A stretch of 64,000 nucleotides of DNA from Octopus vulgaris. Its lineage: Eukaryota. Made by a program: the position numbers and the translations under genes. Below the pieces are notes generated by a model, which searched no databases, was not told where the DNA came from, and worked only from the letters and a program-made list of their open reading frames with translations. The DNA lies in the NCBI GenBank assembly GCA_951406725.2, contig OX597838.1:10044001-10108000 (forward strand). The letters are read 5' to 3'. This document shows positions 26,290 through 39,503 of this stretch, in pieces (within the stretch, counting starts at the first letter, position 1; each line of letters begins with the position of its first letter).

Positions 26290-27066
26290 AGCCAGAGGGG
26301 AAGTGGATAAGAAAAAGAATTTGCCAATGTTCTGCACTGTGAGGTATTTCGTGTTGCAAGACAGTTTGTGAGAGAGGATCATGATGTCGTAGGAGAGAGA
26401 TATGTGTCTGCATGGATGATGGTTCACTTGCACTAAACGAGGCTGCAAAGAGATAGGTTTGGAGATGCCACTATGAAAGGTTGCTCAATAAAGAGAATGA
26501 ATGGGAGAAAGATAGTCTGCTGAATGTTGACCCAACAGAGGGACCAGCTATACGAATTGACAATACCTGGTAGATAAAGCAATTAAGAGTATGAAGACAG
26601 GGAAAGCCCCCAGCCCTTCAGGAATCACAGCAGAGATGCTCAAAATATCTGGCAGTGTTGACTATAGCCTAGTCACCTGTATAGTTAACCAGGTGATACA
26701 TGAAGGAGTCATACCCAATGACTGGTGTAGTAGCACTATAGTCAACTGCTACAAAGGTAAAGGTGAGGCTTTAGATACAAATAATTACAGAGGTATCAAG
26801 TTGTTGGATCAGGTAATGAAGGTCACAGAGAGGATCATAGCCCAACTAATTAGGGAGAGATGCAGTTTGGGTTCGAACCAGGGTAAAGCATCACTGATGC
26901 TATATTTCTGGTTAGACAGCTGCAGGAGAAATACCTAGCCAAAGATAAACCTCTGTACCTGGCTTTCGTTGATATGGAGAAAGCCTATGACAGGGTCCCC
27001 CGATCCCTTATCTGGTGGTCAATGAGGAAACTAGGAATAGATGATTGGTTAGTGAGAGCTGTGCAA
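26290..27066 (+). mobile_element. RTE-clade LINE reverse-transcriptase fragment
   Basis: MKTGKAPSPSGITAEMLK...NYRGIKLL, then in shifted frames QFGF, TDAIFLVRQLQEKY and LYLAFVDMEKAYDRVPR. Confidence 0.92.
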
Positions 27067-27575
27067 GGTTAGTTCCATTGGTGACAGAGTAATGTTGGTT
27101 GGAATCAACCCTGAGCTTCATTTTCACTTGTTTTTGTTTTAATTCCTCCATTTGAAAATTGACTTTGGTTGGACATTCAACTCCAGAAAGGATATATCTT
27201 CATCTTTTAAGTGGTTCATTCATTAGATGTGCACACGCGCACACACACACACAGTTGTTGTCATCATCGTTTAACGTTTGTCTTCCATGCTGGCATGGAT
27301 TGGCCTGTCTGACTGTAGCTGGCCAGCTGTTTTGGCATAGTATTTATGGTTGGATGCCCTTCATAACACCCACATAAAAAAAAACACCCAGCCCATTCTG
27401 TAATGTGATTAACATTAGGATGGACATTAAGCTCGAAAAACCATGCCAAAAAAGGCAGTGGAGCTTCATGCAATCCTCTCGCTTGCTAGCTCCTGTCAAA
27501 CTGACCAACCCATGCCAGCATGGAAGAAGGATGTTAAATGATCATATGCATGTATATACATACATGCATGCACGT

Positions 27576-27612
<37 letters not shown>

Positions 27613-27910
27613 ATTACTGGTAGTTAAAGAAGCTCACCTTGAAATCCTGTGGTTTTGTGTTTTGCACCACAGAATGATGATACCTTAGGCATATGTCTTG
27701 AGCTCCAACGTGACTAATGCTTTCTGAGTGAGTTTGGTAGATAGAATTTTGTGCTGAAGGCTGTCCTGTGCGTTTCTGTGCACATGCACATCTTTGTGTA
27801 CCCAGCACTGACAGTTTGATGTTCATTCCTGTAACTTTGTGGATTGCAAAAACAAAAGTGACTGATACAATAAACGACAGAGTAAAAGAATGTAAGCATG
27901 TCTAATTTAA

Positions 27911-28310
27911 TACTCTTTTACTCTTTTACTTGTTTCAGTCATTTGTCTGCGGCCATGCTGGAGCACTGCCTTTAGTCGAGCAAATCGACTCCAGGACTTA
28001 TTCTTTGTAAGCCCACTACTTATTCTATTGGTCTCTTTTGCCGAACCGCTAAGTGACGGGGACGTAAACACACCAGCATCGGTTTTCAAGCAATGCTAGG
28101 GGGACAAACACACACATACACACACACATATATATATATATACATATATACGACAGGCTTCTTTCAGTTTCCGTCTACCAAATCCACTCACAAGGCATTG
28201 GTCAGCCCGGGGCTATAGCAGAAGACACTTGCCCAAGATGCCACACAGTGGGACTGAACCCACAACCATGTGGTTGGTTAGCAAGCTACTTACCACACAG
28301 CCACTCCTGC
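27911..28310 (-). mobile_element. SINE family A, full length
   Basis: Reverse complement of 9644-10048 over its whole length. Confidence 0.9.
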
Positions 28311-29573
28311 AAATGTGCAAAATTTTTTTTTTAATAATTACATATGTAAGAATATCTGTAAATATTTTTTTTTTTAAAAAAGCATACACGCACTATATTA
28401 CATATATATATATAACATATACAGGTGTATATTATTTACGTATATATACACACACATGCATACACAAATACAGATGTCTAGCCTAAAACAGTTATCAAAC
28501 ACAAAACTAGTCACTGCTATCCAATCTATATTGATGCTACGTATGAACCAGTAGTCACTAGTTGTGGGCTTTCTTCCTCAAACTTTCTTCCCTTCATCAC
28601 AGTTCTACGTTTCAAGCTACATGGTGAGAGCCAGACACATTCATCACACATTTTTGCCTTGCATGTTTAACGGAAAGATAGATTAGTAGTCTGGAGCAGG
28701 TACCTGCCTCTAAGTTGTCTAACCATCTGACAAGATCAATAGTGCTGTCCATATAGTAATTGTGTGAGGTTTCACAGACAGCAAGCACATTTTGCATTGC
28801 TTACTCAATTAAGGACTTGAGGCTATATATTTTCCAAGCATTCACTGAATACTGCACTGCTTTCCTACGTAACAATGTCGTTCTAGCTTTCTAGCTTTCT
28901 TCTTCTGCTTCTCCCGTGCAAGCAGATGCAGGCTAGTTCATTGTACAGACACAGATGCATATAAACATATGCACACACACACACTTGTTCAAGTAAACGT
29001 GTACGTGTACAGATTCACACGCACACATGCAGATGTCCATCCATCCTTCTGCACACCATAGAAACCAACTCATGCACCTACACACACACTAGTCACCTCA
29101 TTCTATATCATATATACACACTGCTATGTTTGCAGCTTTATGCTGTGTATACAACACTATTAGCATACCTCATCTACACATCGCTGCTTTCATTATACAC
29201 CGTGTGTGCACACTACTGTTATTATATACACTCCACTGTATTATAATTACATCGTGTACACATCAGTGCTTTTATTGCAGTACATCATACTCTACACCAT
29301 ATTTAGCTGGCATGACTAAAGATACAATTTCCTTGGTACACCGTTGATGTTTACTGCTGCTATACCACACACTTCAAATTGAGTTGTTCATACAGATGCA
29401 TACCCATACCTCCATCTTTGCAATCACGTCTGCGTGTACTCCTCACCGTTTCATACACATCCAGAAATGTTATCAGTTCCTCCATCACCCCTTCTGTCTG
29501 TCTCTTTTCACCCTCTCTACATCTCGCCTATCTGATCTGATCTTTTTTCTTCTTCTACCACTTGCAACTTGTG

Positions 29574-29617
<44 letters not shown>

Positions 29618-30092
29618 ATATATATCAAGCAGCCCATTTAATATCTAGATTAAAGGATCACCTCAGACTGACACTTTACCTCTACATGGTTGCTTGACCT
29701 GCTAGAAATAGCAGCTAAATCCCCTCAATAAAATCTTACTGTCTTTATATAAAAATTGAAAAGAAAAAAAAAAAAATGCACAGTGTGTAATGTAGTTCTA
29801 AATTCCTGAGAGAGGAGGGATGTTCACATTTGGAAAGCCTCAAGTCTGCTCAAATCAGAACTGATCTGAGGCTTAAATAGCAAGAACAACTTCAATTACC
29901 TCTTCCATTCCCAGTTTAAGTTCATCCTTGGGTTTGCAGAATCTCTCTGCATTAACATACCAAAGTGTATGTCTGTCTGTACATATGCTAATCCTTGAAA
30001 TCAAAGAAAGTTTCTTCTTCTTCTCCTCCACCTCCTCCTTCTTCCCTATTGGAATATTCTAAAGTTTAATAAATAATGAAAATAATAATAAT

Positions 30093-30328
30093 TCTTTCTA
30101 CAATTAGGCACAAGGCCTGAAATTTGTGGGGAGAGTTAAGCCGATCACATCGACCCAGTACATGACTGGTACTTAATCTATTGACCCTGAAAGGGTGGAT
30201 GAAAGGCAAAGTCAACCTTGGTGGAACTTGAGCTCAGACAGACAAAATGCTACTTAGCATTCTGCCTGGTGTGCTAATGGCTCCACCAACTTGCCACCTT
30301 AATAATGATAATGATAATAATAATGATG

Positions 30329-30362
<34 letters not shown>

Positions 30363-31345
30363 TGATGATGATAATAATAATGATGATGATGATGATGATG
30401 ATGATGATAATAATGATAATGATGATAATAATGATGATGATAATAATAATAATGATGATAATAATGATAATAATAATAATAATGATGATAATAATGATGA
30501 TAATAATAATGATGATGATAATAATAATGATGATGATAATGATGATGATGATAATAATAATAATAATAATGATGATGATGATGATAATAATAATGATGAT
30601 AATAATGATAATAATAATGATGATAATAATAATAATGATGATAATAATGATGATAATAATAATGATGATAATAATAATAATGATGATAATAATGATGATA
30701 ATAATAATAATGATGATAATAATGATGATAATAATAATGATGATGATAATAATGATGATAATAATAATAATGATGATAATAATGATGATAATAATAATAA
30801 TGATGATAATAATGATGATAATAATGATGATAATAATAATAATGATAATGATAATAATGATGATAATGATTATTGCTGCTATTATTATTATTCTTTCTAC
30901 TGTAGACACAAGGCCTGAAATTTGGGGTTAGGGTCTAGTTGATTACATTGACCCCCCAGTACTTGACTGTTCCTTGATTTATCAACCATAAAAGGATAAC
31001 AGGCAAAGCTGACCGTAGTATTTGAACTCCAATCGTGGAGACTTAGAAGAAATGCTGCTAATCCTTTTGTCCACCACTCTAACAACTCTCCAGTCTGCTA
31101 TAACAACAACAATTTTTTTTTTTTAATAATTTTCAGATTTTGGCACAAGGCCAGCAATTTTAAAGGGAAGAGGCAAGTAGGTTACATTGATCCCAGTACT
31201 TGACTGGTATTTATATTTTATTGGCACCAAAAGGACGAAATATAAAATTGTCCTCGTCAGTATTTGACCTCAGAACATAAAAGAGCCAGAAGAAATGACA
31301 GTAAGCACGTTGGCCAACATGCTAACAATTCTGCCAGCTCACTGC

Positions 31346-31379
<34 letters not shown>

Positions 31380-31941
31380 TAGTAATGATAATAATGATAA
31401 TAATCGTAATAATAATGATAATAGTAGTAATGATAATAATAATAATGATAATAGTAGTAATAATAATAATAGTAATAATAACAACAACAATAATAACTCT
31501 TTCTAAATTTGGTTCGAGTCTAGTAATTTTGAGGGAAAAGGTCCATCTTGACTGGTACTTATTTTATTGATCCCTGAAAAATGAAAGACAAAATCAACTG
31601 TGACAAGATTTGAACTCAGCCGGAAGAAATGCCACCAAGCATTTTTTCTCCGTGTCAACTCCCCATCCACTTGCAGCAGCAGCAGTAGTGGTGGTGGTGG
31701 TGGTGGTAGTAGTATAATGGTTTCAAATTTTGGCTCAGGTTCAGCTGTTTTTTGAAGGGAGCCGGAAGTCGATTACATACGTAACCCAGTACATGACTGG
31801 TACTTTCATTTTATCAACCCCACCGAAAGGATGAAACACGGAATCCGACCTTGACAGAATTTGAACCCCGAACACAGACAGATAAAATGCTGCTGAGCAT
31901 TTTGTCCAGCGTGCTAATGGTTCTGCCAGCTCCACTACCTT
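30093..31941 (-). mobile_element. Head-to-tail array of 5 decayed family-B SINEs separated by trinucleotide repeats
   Basis: Copies at about 30093-30300, 30891-31100, 31130-31347, 31500-31672 and 31720-31941, all on the minus strand, with AAT/GAT/AAC/GTG/AGT spacers. Confidence 0.85.
30301..30870. repeat. 570-bp (AAT/GAT)n trinucleotide array
   Basis: Only AAT and GAT triplets, in phase throughout. Confidence 0.97.
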
Positions 31942-32185
31942 CAGTAGTAGTAGTAGTAGTAGTAGTAACTTGATATGGATAAAATGCCATATGTCTAAAG
32001 AAGATCGTTATGTGTGATTGTTTTTTGTTATTCAGTTTGGTCTGTATATTCTTATTTTGACCCCACACAGTATCTCTGACTGGTCATTCTCATAATAGTA
32101 GTAATCTGGCACAAAATCAAGTATTTTGGGAAAATATTGTTCTCATACAACTGAAATGGGGCAAACTGTGTGTGTGTGTGTGTGT

Positions 32186-32303
32186 GTTATGACTGTATAG
32201 ATGTGTGTGTGTGTGTTATGACTGTATAGATGCGTGTATACATGTTATGACTGTATAGATGTGTGTATACATGTTATGACTATATAGATGTGTGTATACA
32301 TGT
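32186..32303. repeat. Four ~29-bp tandem units GTTATGACTGTATAGATGTGTGTATACAT
   Basis: Seen directly. Confidence 0.9.
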
Positions 32304-33045
32304 CACACACACACAGTGTTTATATTAGTAGTAAATAATGATGTTTTTTATTATTATTATTATGACAAGTGCGGTTGAAGTGAGATAAACTGGTTTCTTT
32401 TTAGCCAACTTGCTTGTCTTTCACTGTTTATTCAATAACAGAGCTGTTCACTGCTCTGGATATATGGAGTTGGCTCTGTTAGAAATACACACACACACAC
32501 GCATACACCTCTAGCAACTCAGGCCTGCTAAGACACAATAATAATAATAATAATAATGATGATAATATAGAATGGTTCTAGTTGAGTAACAGAACTGTGT
32601 TGTTGTTTCTAGCCGAATGCTAGAGTAAGACCAGCGTTCTAGTAGTAGTTATTAGTTAATACATCAAGTGGAATTTTGCTGATATTGCTTGTAGCCAACC
32701 GAAATAGTACCAGAGTAGGTTTATGACAACATATAGTTTTAGTTTTAGACTGGCAGCAGTCTTCTTTCTAATAGCTGGGAAGGAGTATTGCCCTGCTATT
32801 TTCTCTGCCAACTTCCACTTTTGTAATTTATGTACTAGCTACACTCCAGAGGCTGGCTGGATGGATAGCTGGCTGGCTGGCTGGCTGGCTTGGCTTGCTT
32901 GTTTTACTAATTAGTTACTCTATACTTCTTTCTCACTGTCAAGATTGACTCATTAATATACCACACTGTTTAGTATACTGATATATTAAGCTTAGATGGA
33001 TGGATTATCTTAAACACACACACACACGAAAGGGATATTTCTTCA

Positions 33046-33435
33046 ATATATATGTATATATATGTATGTATATATATATATATATATGTATATGTATGTA
33101 TATATATGTATATGTATGTATATGTATATGTATGTATATGTATATATATGTATATATATATATATGTATATATGTATATGTATGTATGTATATGTATGTA
33201 TGTATATGTATGTATATGTATATGTATGTATATGTATATATATGTATATATATATATGTATGTATATGTATATATGTATGTATATGTATATATGTATGTA
33301 TATGTATATATATATGTATGTATATATATATATGTATGTATATATATATATGTATGTATATATATATATGTATGTATATATATATATGTATGTATGTATA
33401 TATGTATATGTATGTATATATGTATATATATATAT
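33046..33435. repeat. Compound (TA)/(TATG)/(TATATG) microsatellite
   Basis: Seen directly. Confidence 0.97.
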
Positions 33436-33784
33436 AATCTAGGAACCAAATATTTCAATTTTGTTTTTCTTGCAGCTACCCTTATTGAAATTGATAAAAA
33501 TAAGTATTAAAAAAAAATTACTTGTAGGGTGCCAACTGAAATATATTTTGCAGTTTATTTTTATTCTTCGATCTGAACTCAAAACACTGTAACAATTAGC
33601 TTTACTATTTTTTCTTCCTCCCCAATCATTAAAATATAAATATATACTAGTTATATTCTAGAACAAGTTTAATCAACCGTATCCACACCTCCTACTCTTT
33701 ATCAATCATATAATTTGTGCCCAGGGAAAGTGAATCGTTTGTGTTGGGGCAGTTAAATACTTTACAAATTTTAATTCTCTCCCC

Positions 33785-35490
33785 TAAAATGCTTTAGAAA
33801 TTTTAGCTCTGTTCCCTATATTTGGCCTTTTTGTTCTTTTCAGGGTTGATAAAATTAACTCATAAAGGCAATTCATTCGATTGATCCTTTGTACCTTGTG
33901 ACCAAGGTAGAAATTCCTACTGTTATTATTATTATTATTATTATTATTAAGGCAGTGACCTGGCAGAATCGTTATCACACTGGACAGAATGCTTAGTGAT
34001 ATTTCACCCATCCGCTGTGTTCTGAGTTAAAGTTCTGCCAAGGTTGATTTTTGCCTTTCATCCTATTGGGGTCAATAAAATAAGCACTGAGGTCAATGAC
34101 CACCCCACCCACAAAGCTGCTGGGCTTGTGCCAAAATTTGAATCCATTATTATTTATTATTATTATTATTATTATTGCGGCAAGCTAGCAGAATCGTTAA
34201 CAAGCCAGGCAAAATGTTTTGTGGCATTTTGTCTATCTTTACAATCTGAGTTCAAATTTTGCCAAGTTCGACTCTGCCTTTCATCCTTTTGGGGTCAGTA
34301 AAATTAGTTCCAGTTGAGCACTGGGCTCATTGTTATTATTTAAGGTGGCAAGCTGGCAGAATCTTTAGCGTGCTGGACGAAATGCTTAGCAGTATTTCAC
34401 CCATCACTACATTCTGAGTTCAAATTCCGCCAAGGTCGATTTGGTTTTTGCTCTTTTGAGGTCAGTGAAATAAGTACCCATTGAGCACCCGTGGTCAAAT
34501 TAATCCCCCACCTCCACCCCCAAGAAATTTCAGGCTTTGTACCTATAGTAAAAAGAATTATAATGAGTCATAGATTGACAGAAATGCTTTGCAATAATTT
34601 GTCCTGGCTCTTTACAATTTGAGCTCAAGCCCCTCCTCCCTCCAAAACAATTTCTGATCTTGTGCCTATAATAGTTTAATATTATTATTATTATTATTCT
34701 TTTTTAAAAATCATTTCATTGTATGCCCCAAAACTTTGTATTGTTCCCCTCAGCCTTCACCTTGGTGGCAAATAAAATCATTGTTATTAATGTGGTGAGA
34801 TGGCTGAACCATTAGCCTGTTGGGTAAAATGCTAAACAGCATTTCTTCTTGTTCTGAGTTCAAATCCCTCAGAGGTCAGTTTTGCTGTATACATCTTTTT
34901 AAGGTGAATAAAAGAAGTACCAGTTGCAGGGTGGGGTTGATGTAATCGGCTATCCCCCTCATCCCCTAAAGTTGTTTTCCTTGTCCCAAAATTAGAAAAA
35001 AATCATTTACTATTAAAAGGCAGTGAGCTGGCAAAATTGTTAGTCCATCAGACAATGCTTAGTTCTTTTACATCTTTTTACATCAGTTTCGCCTTTTAAT
35101 TCTTTCAGGGTCATTGAAATAAAATACCAGTCAAGTACTGGGGTTGATCTAAGTAACTATCCCTTTCTCTTCAAAATTGCTGACCTTGTGTCAAAATTTG
35201 AAACAGTCATCATCGTCACCATTTATTTATTATTTTTTTATTATTATTATTGTTATTCATTTTTATCATTATTATTATTATTATTATAATTATTATTATA
35301 AGGCAGTGACCTGGCAGAATCGTTAGCACGCTGGACAAAATGCTTAGTGGTATTTTACCTGTCACTACATTCTGAGTTCAAATTCTGCCAAGGCTTACTT
35401 TGCCTTTCATCCTTTCGGGGTCGATATATTAAGCACCAGTGAAACACTGGAGTTGATGTAATTCTGGCCTTGTGCCTATAGTAGAAAGGA

Positions 35491-35523
<33 letters not shown>

Positions 35524-35762
35524 GTCTCTAAGGTGGCGAGCTGGCAGAATCGTTAGCACACTGGGTGAAATGCTTAGCGGTATTTCCTCTGCTGCTACAT
35601 TCTGAGTTCAAATTCTGCCGAAGTCGATTTTGCCTTTCATCCTTTTGGGGTCAATAAAATAAGTACCAGCTGAACACTGGGGTTGATGTAATCGACTTAC
35701 CCCCACCTCTCCCCAAGCTGCCTTTGTGGAAAAGTTTTGAAATAATAATTATTATTATTATT
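33785..35762 (+). mobile_element. Head-to-tail array of about 9 family-B SINE copies/fragments separated by (ATT)n
   Basis: Heads near 33949, 34177, 34342, 34790, 35017, 35300 and 35530, plus fragments near 33785 and 34570; all on the plus strand. Confidence 0.88.
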
Positions 35763-38700
35763 ATTGCTTTTATTACATCTACTAATAGTGTGTGGTGAAT
35801 GACAAAATCATTAGAATATAAAATAAAATGTCTAAGTCCTAGCTAGTATTGGCAATTTAAATTTGCTTTTGTAACAAATAAGATATATTTGAAGGTAACT
35901 TTTTAATTTCCTGGACCATGTCCTAATTTCCCCCGACTCAATCTAGTTTTCTTCTTCCTAGGCTGGTAAACAAAAACAACCAAGTCTCTGCTTACACGCA
36001 AGCTCACTTCTTCTATCTCTCAATACAGTTTCTGCTACTATGTGCATACTCAATAATATAGTAGCATAGAATCGAGCTTTCAGCAGGAAAATATGTTGAA
36101 ATAAAAGGGATATATTTGAGTCTGATCAACCCTTAAATTTCAGCTCCTGAAATGCAAACCATTTTAACAAATATGAATTAAAATTGTTTTTGTTATATCT
36201 TATTCAAATGCATGCACGCACACACACACACACACAATCTGTGCGCGTGTGTGTGTGGCAAAAAAGTCATGCATTTATTTATATTGAATAAATATTGATT
36301 TGAATTCCTCGCGAAAACATTATTCCTCTTATGTAATAGAAATCTTGAAAACGTGTTCAATAATGTTGTTCTTGTTTGGCTAGAATTGGGAATGACAAAA
36401 CTGTTGTTTCACGGGTAATGCTGAACTGTGATTTAAAAAGACTGTTGTGAAGATGCTATGTGGCAAGTGCCTTTTTTTTTTCTTTTTCTTTTTTTTAATA
36501 CATTTCCCCCCCCCCCTGGCTATATAGAGTTCAACTGAAGTTAAATTAAATTCACCAGATGTTTACTTAAATCTCTCTTAAAAATTGCCTGCCCCCTAAA
36601 TAGAATTTAAATTATGGCTAAATGGGGGTTTTTCCTTCCGACACCCCTAACTTCAGTTAGTGAATTAAAACAGTGAAATATTTAATAACAATGCAATAAT
36701 AACAACAACAACAACTGTTAGAAAGAACCTTTGGTTGACAATGTGTGTGTGTGTGCGTGTGTGCACGTTAGCTCTGTTTAGAAGCAGCCAAACTGATTGG
36801 CCTCAATGTATTGATTTTGTTCTGTTCATTCACGTCTCCTCTTCTTTGATTCTGTCTTACAATCCTCAGGTGTGCTCACAAACTTTTCACTAAGTAGTAG
36901 TAGTAGTAATAGTAATAATATTGCAGTTGCTTAGTAGCAGAAAGTAAACTAATTAAAAACATTGTTCTAGTTTGCTCCAGAACTAGTAGTAGCAAGCAGT
37001 CTGTGGTTTTGTTTTTCATTTTTGTGGATTTCTTTTTTGTATTATATTTTTGCATTTACTTTTTCTTTTAAATATATTTTTGCCGTCTTGATGTAATTTT
37101 AATGTTTTTAATTTATTTTATTTAATTTCAAAGTATATAAAACATAAAGATGTAATAATGATGGCTATTATAATATGTCCATAGATATAACTTTTGTGGT
37201 CATTTCTGAATGACTGTGCTTAGTTCTTGAATGTAGATTTAAAAGGAAAAAAGCTGTCTGTTATTAAAGCAGATTAGTAGGTGGATTAATAGCATTTGTG
37301 TGTGTGCATGTGTGTGTGTGCATGCGTGCGTGCATGCTTGTTTTCTAGCTACATCATATCAGAACTGTTCTCTCTCACTCCACACGCAATCTCTTTTGTG
37401 TGGTGGATGGATTCAGTCACCAGTGTAGCTACATAGTGAGTGAAGTATTAATTTACACTCACATACCTACTGCAGTGATTAGTCTCACTCGATAAAACCC
37501 TAGATACTACACTTAAATAAATTAAGGTGATTATAATACTGTTAATTATATGAAAATAATAATAATAATAGTCTGTAAAGGGCTAGGTTTTTTTTGTTTT
37601 TTTTCCCACCCCTTCACCCGTCTGTCCATCTGCCAGTCTATCTCCTTTCCACATTTTTGTAAAAGCTGTGAAGGTAGAAGAAAGCAATTCTTTATCCAAG
37701 TGACCTGACTGGTCTCAGCTTGTTGATCCAACCTTTGTTTGAACTATGGAAGTGCAGAAGGGCTGAGTTCAAAAATAGAGAGAAAACTGGCTTCACATTG
37801 AAATGTGGACTCTGGAATGGAGGTGGCTGATTTATTTGGAAGTAGGATATACCACGCATGCACACACACCACTAATATATTCCAAATGTTAACAGATGCT
37901 TCATGCTTAACTATTCCTCTAGCAACATGTTTATGAATTCAAAATATTTACAGTAATAAAAATAAAATTTATTTATTGTAAACATTCCGGTTTTAAACAC
38001 TAAAGATAGGTTATGTGAAGAAATTGTTGGTTATGCTCATGTATAGTTAGTAGTAAAGATTCTCTCTCTCTCTCTCTCAATAATTTTTCCTGGGTGTCTT
38101 TTTATCTAAATACAAATATAGTATAGGCCCCTTTCTCCACCCACCTTGAGCTATATATCTAAATGGATGGTAGCCCTTCATGATTTTTTAAAACTAATCT
38201 TTCTAAATACAATTAATATTCAAACTTCCAAATATTACTTTCTTCTACAGAGAAATTGTTTTGTAAAAACCCATTAATAATTAAAGCTGTTTCTCCTGTG
38301 TGTGTGTGTTGTTTAGAGAACAGCAGTCTTTCACACTGCACACACCTAACCTTAACAACCACTGGTTGTCCTGTGAGTTGTACTTGTTAAAATTTTACTC
38401 CACCACTCCAATATAATTATCAACAACAATACAGGCTGTCACAGAATTTCGTGGTTGGAAACCCTGTCTTAGATTTATAAGATTCTTTTTATAGATTACT
38501 GATATTATTATAAAATTGTGAAATATACCCTGTATAGAAAAAGAAGGGGACAAAAAAAAATGTATAGACTTGATCTTCAGTTTATATGTTGATAAATAAT
38601 GTAGGTATCTAATGTCTCCTTTCAAAACTGAAGAAGTTGCAAGACGTGGAAATAGCACCAGGTTTTCAATAGAGAATGTAGTTTCTTAGATAAAGCATTA

Positions 38701-39282
38701 ACCATAGAAATAGTGTGCAGTCTTGCTTGGTTTGATTGGTTGAGAGCATTGCGTCAGGGATTTTAATGGAATCACTGATCTAATATTGATCTATTCTGTG
38801 AAAGATAAGGAATGAATGTTTTCCACTGAAATGAGAACTGTTGTGATATCTGAGCTGAGATTAAGGGCAATGGTTTCACAGATTGTTATTGTCAGGAAGG
38901 CTGCTGTAGGTAAGTGCAATTTGGAAATAGGAAGAGCGTAATATTGGTCTGCCATCGTGTGAATTATAATTTTCAATACAAGAGCTGCTGATGTAATCAA
39001 AAGATTCTGATCTTCATGCATCCTTGGTGGAAGTTAAAGTAATATAGATTAGAAATTAGAAATTGTATTGAAATGGTTGTCTATGTTGTAAGCCTGCCAA
39101 CGAAAGTAAATTGTCTTTTATGTGCATACATATATGTATTAATGTACAAATATGGGCGGGGGGGTCTTAACAAAAACCATTTTAGTAGTTTTATATGAAT
39201 TTAAAATAATCTTGTTCCAGCATTTGTTCTGATATAAAAAAAAAATTGAACACTTTTTCTAAGAAATATTGAAGTTTCTTAA

Positions 39283-39503
39283 CCCTTTCGTTACCAGCCC
39301 GACCAAAACCGGCTCTGGCTCTGTAGTACAAATGTCTTGTTTTCATTAGTTTTGCATTACAATATACCACCAGAGCTTAGTCGCAATTTACATACCTAAC
39401 ACTAGCTGAATGATAACTGAGTTATTTTACTAAATTCTTTGTTATATTTAAAATAATAGAAAGAAACACAGAGCATCTCAAAATAAATACGGTAACGAAA
39501 GGG
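39283..39503. mobile_element. MITE family 1
   Basis: TTAA|CCCTTTCGTTACC...GGTAACGAAAGGG|TTAA. Confidence 0.9.

Noticed and set aside
30247-30931. Poly-N/D, poly-I and poly-I/M ORFs of over 200 aa
   Set aside because: Translations of the AAT/GAT microsatellite, with ends lying in SINE sequence.
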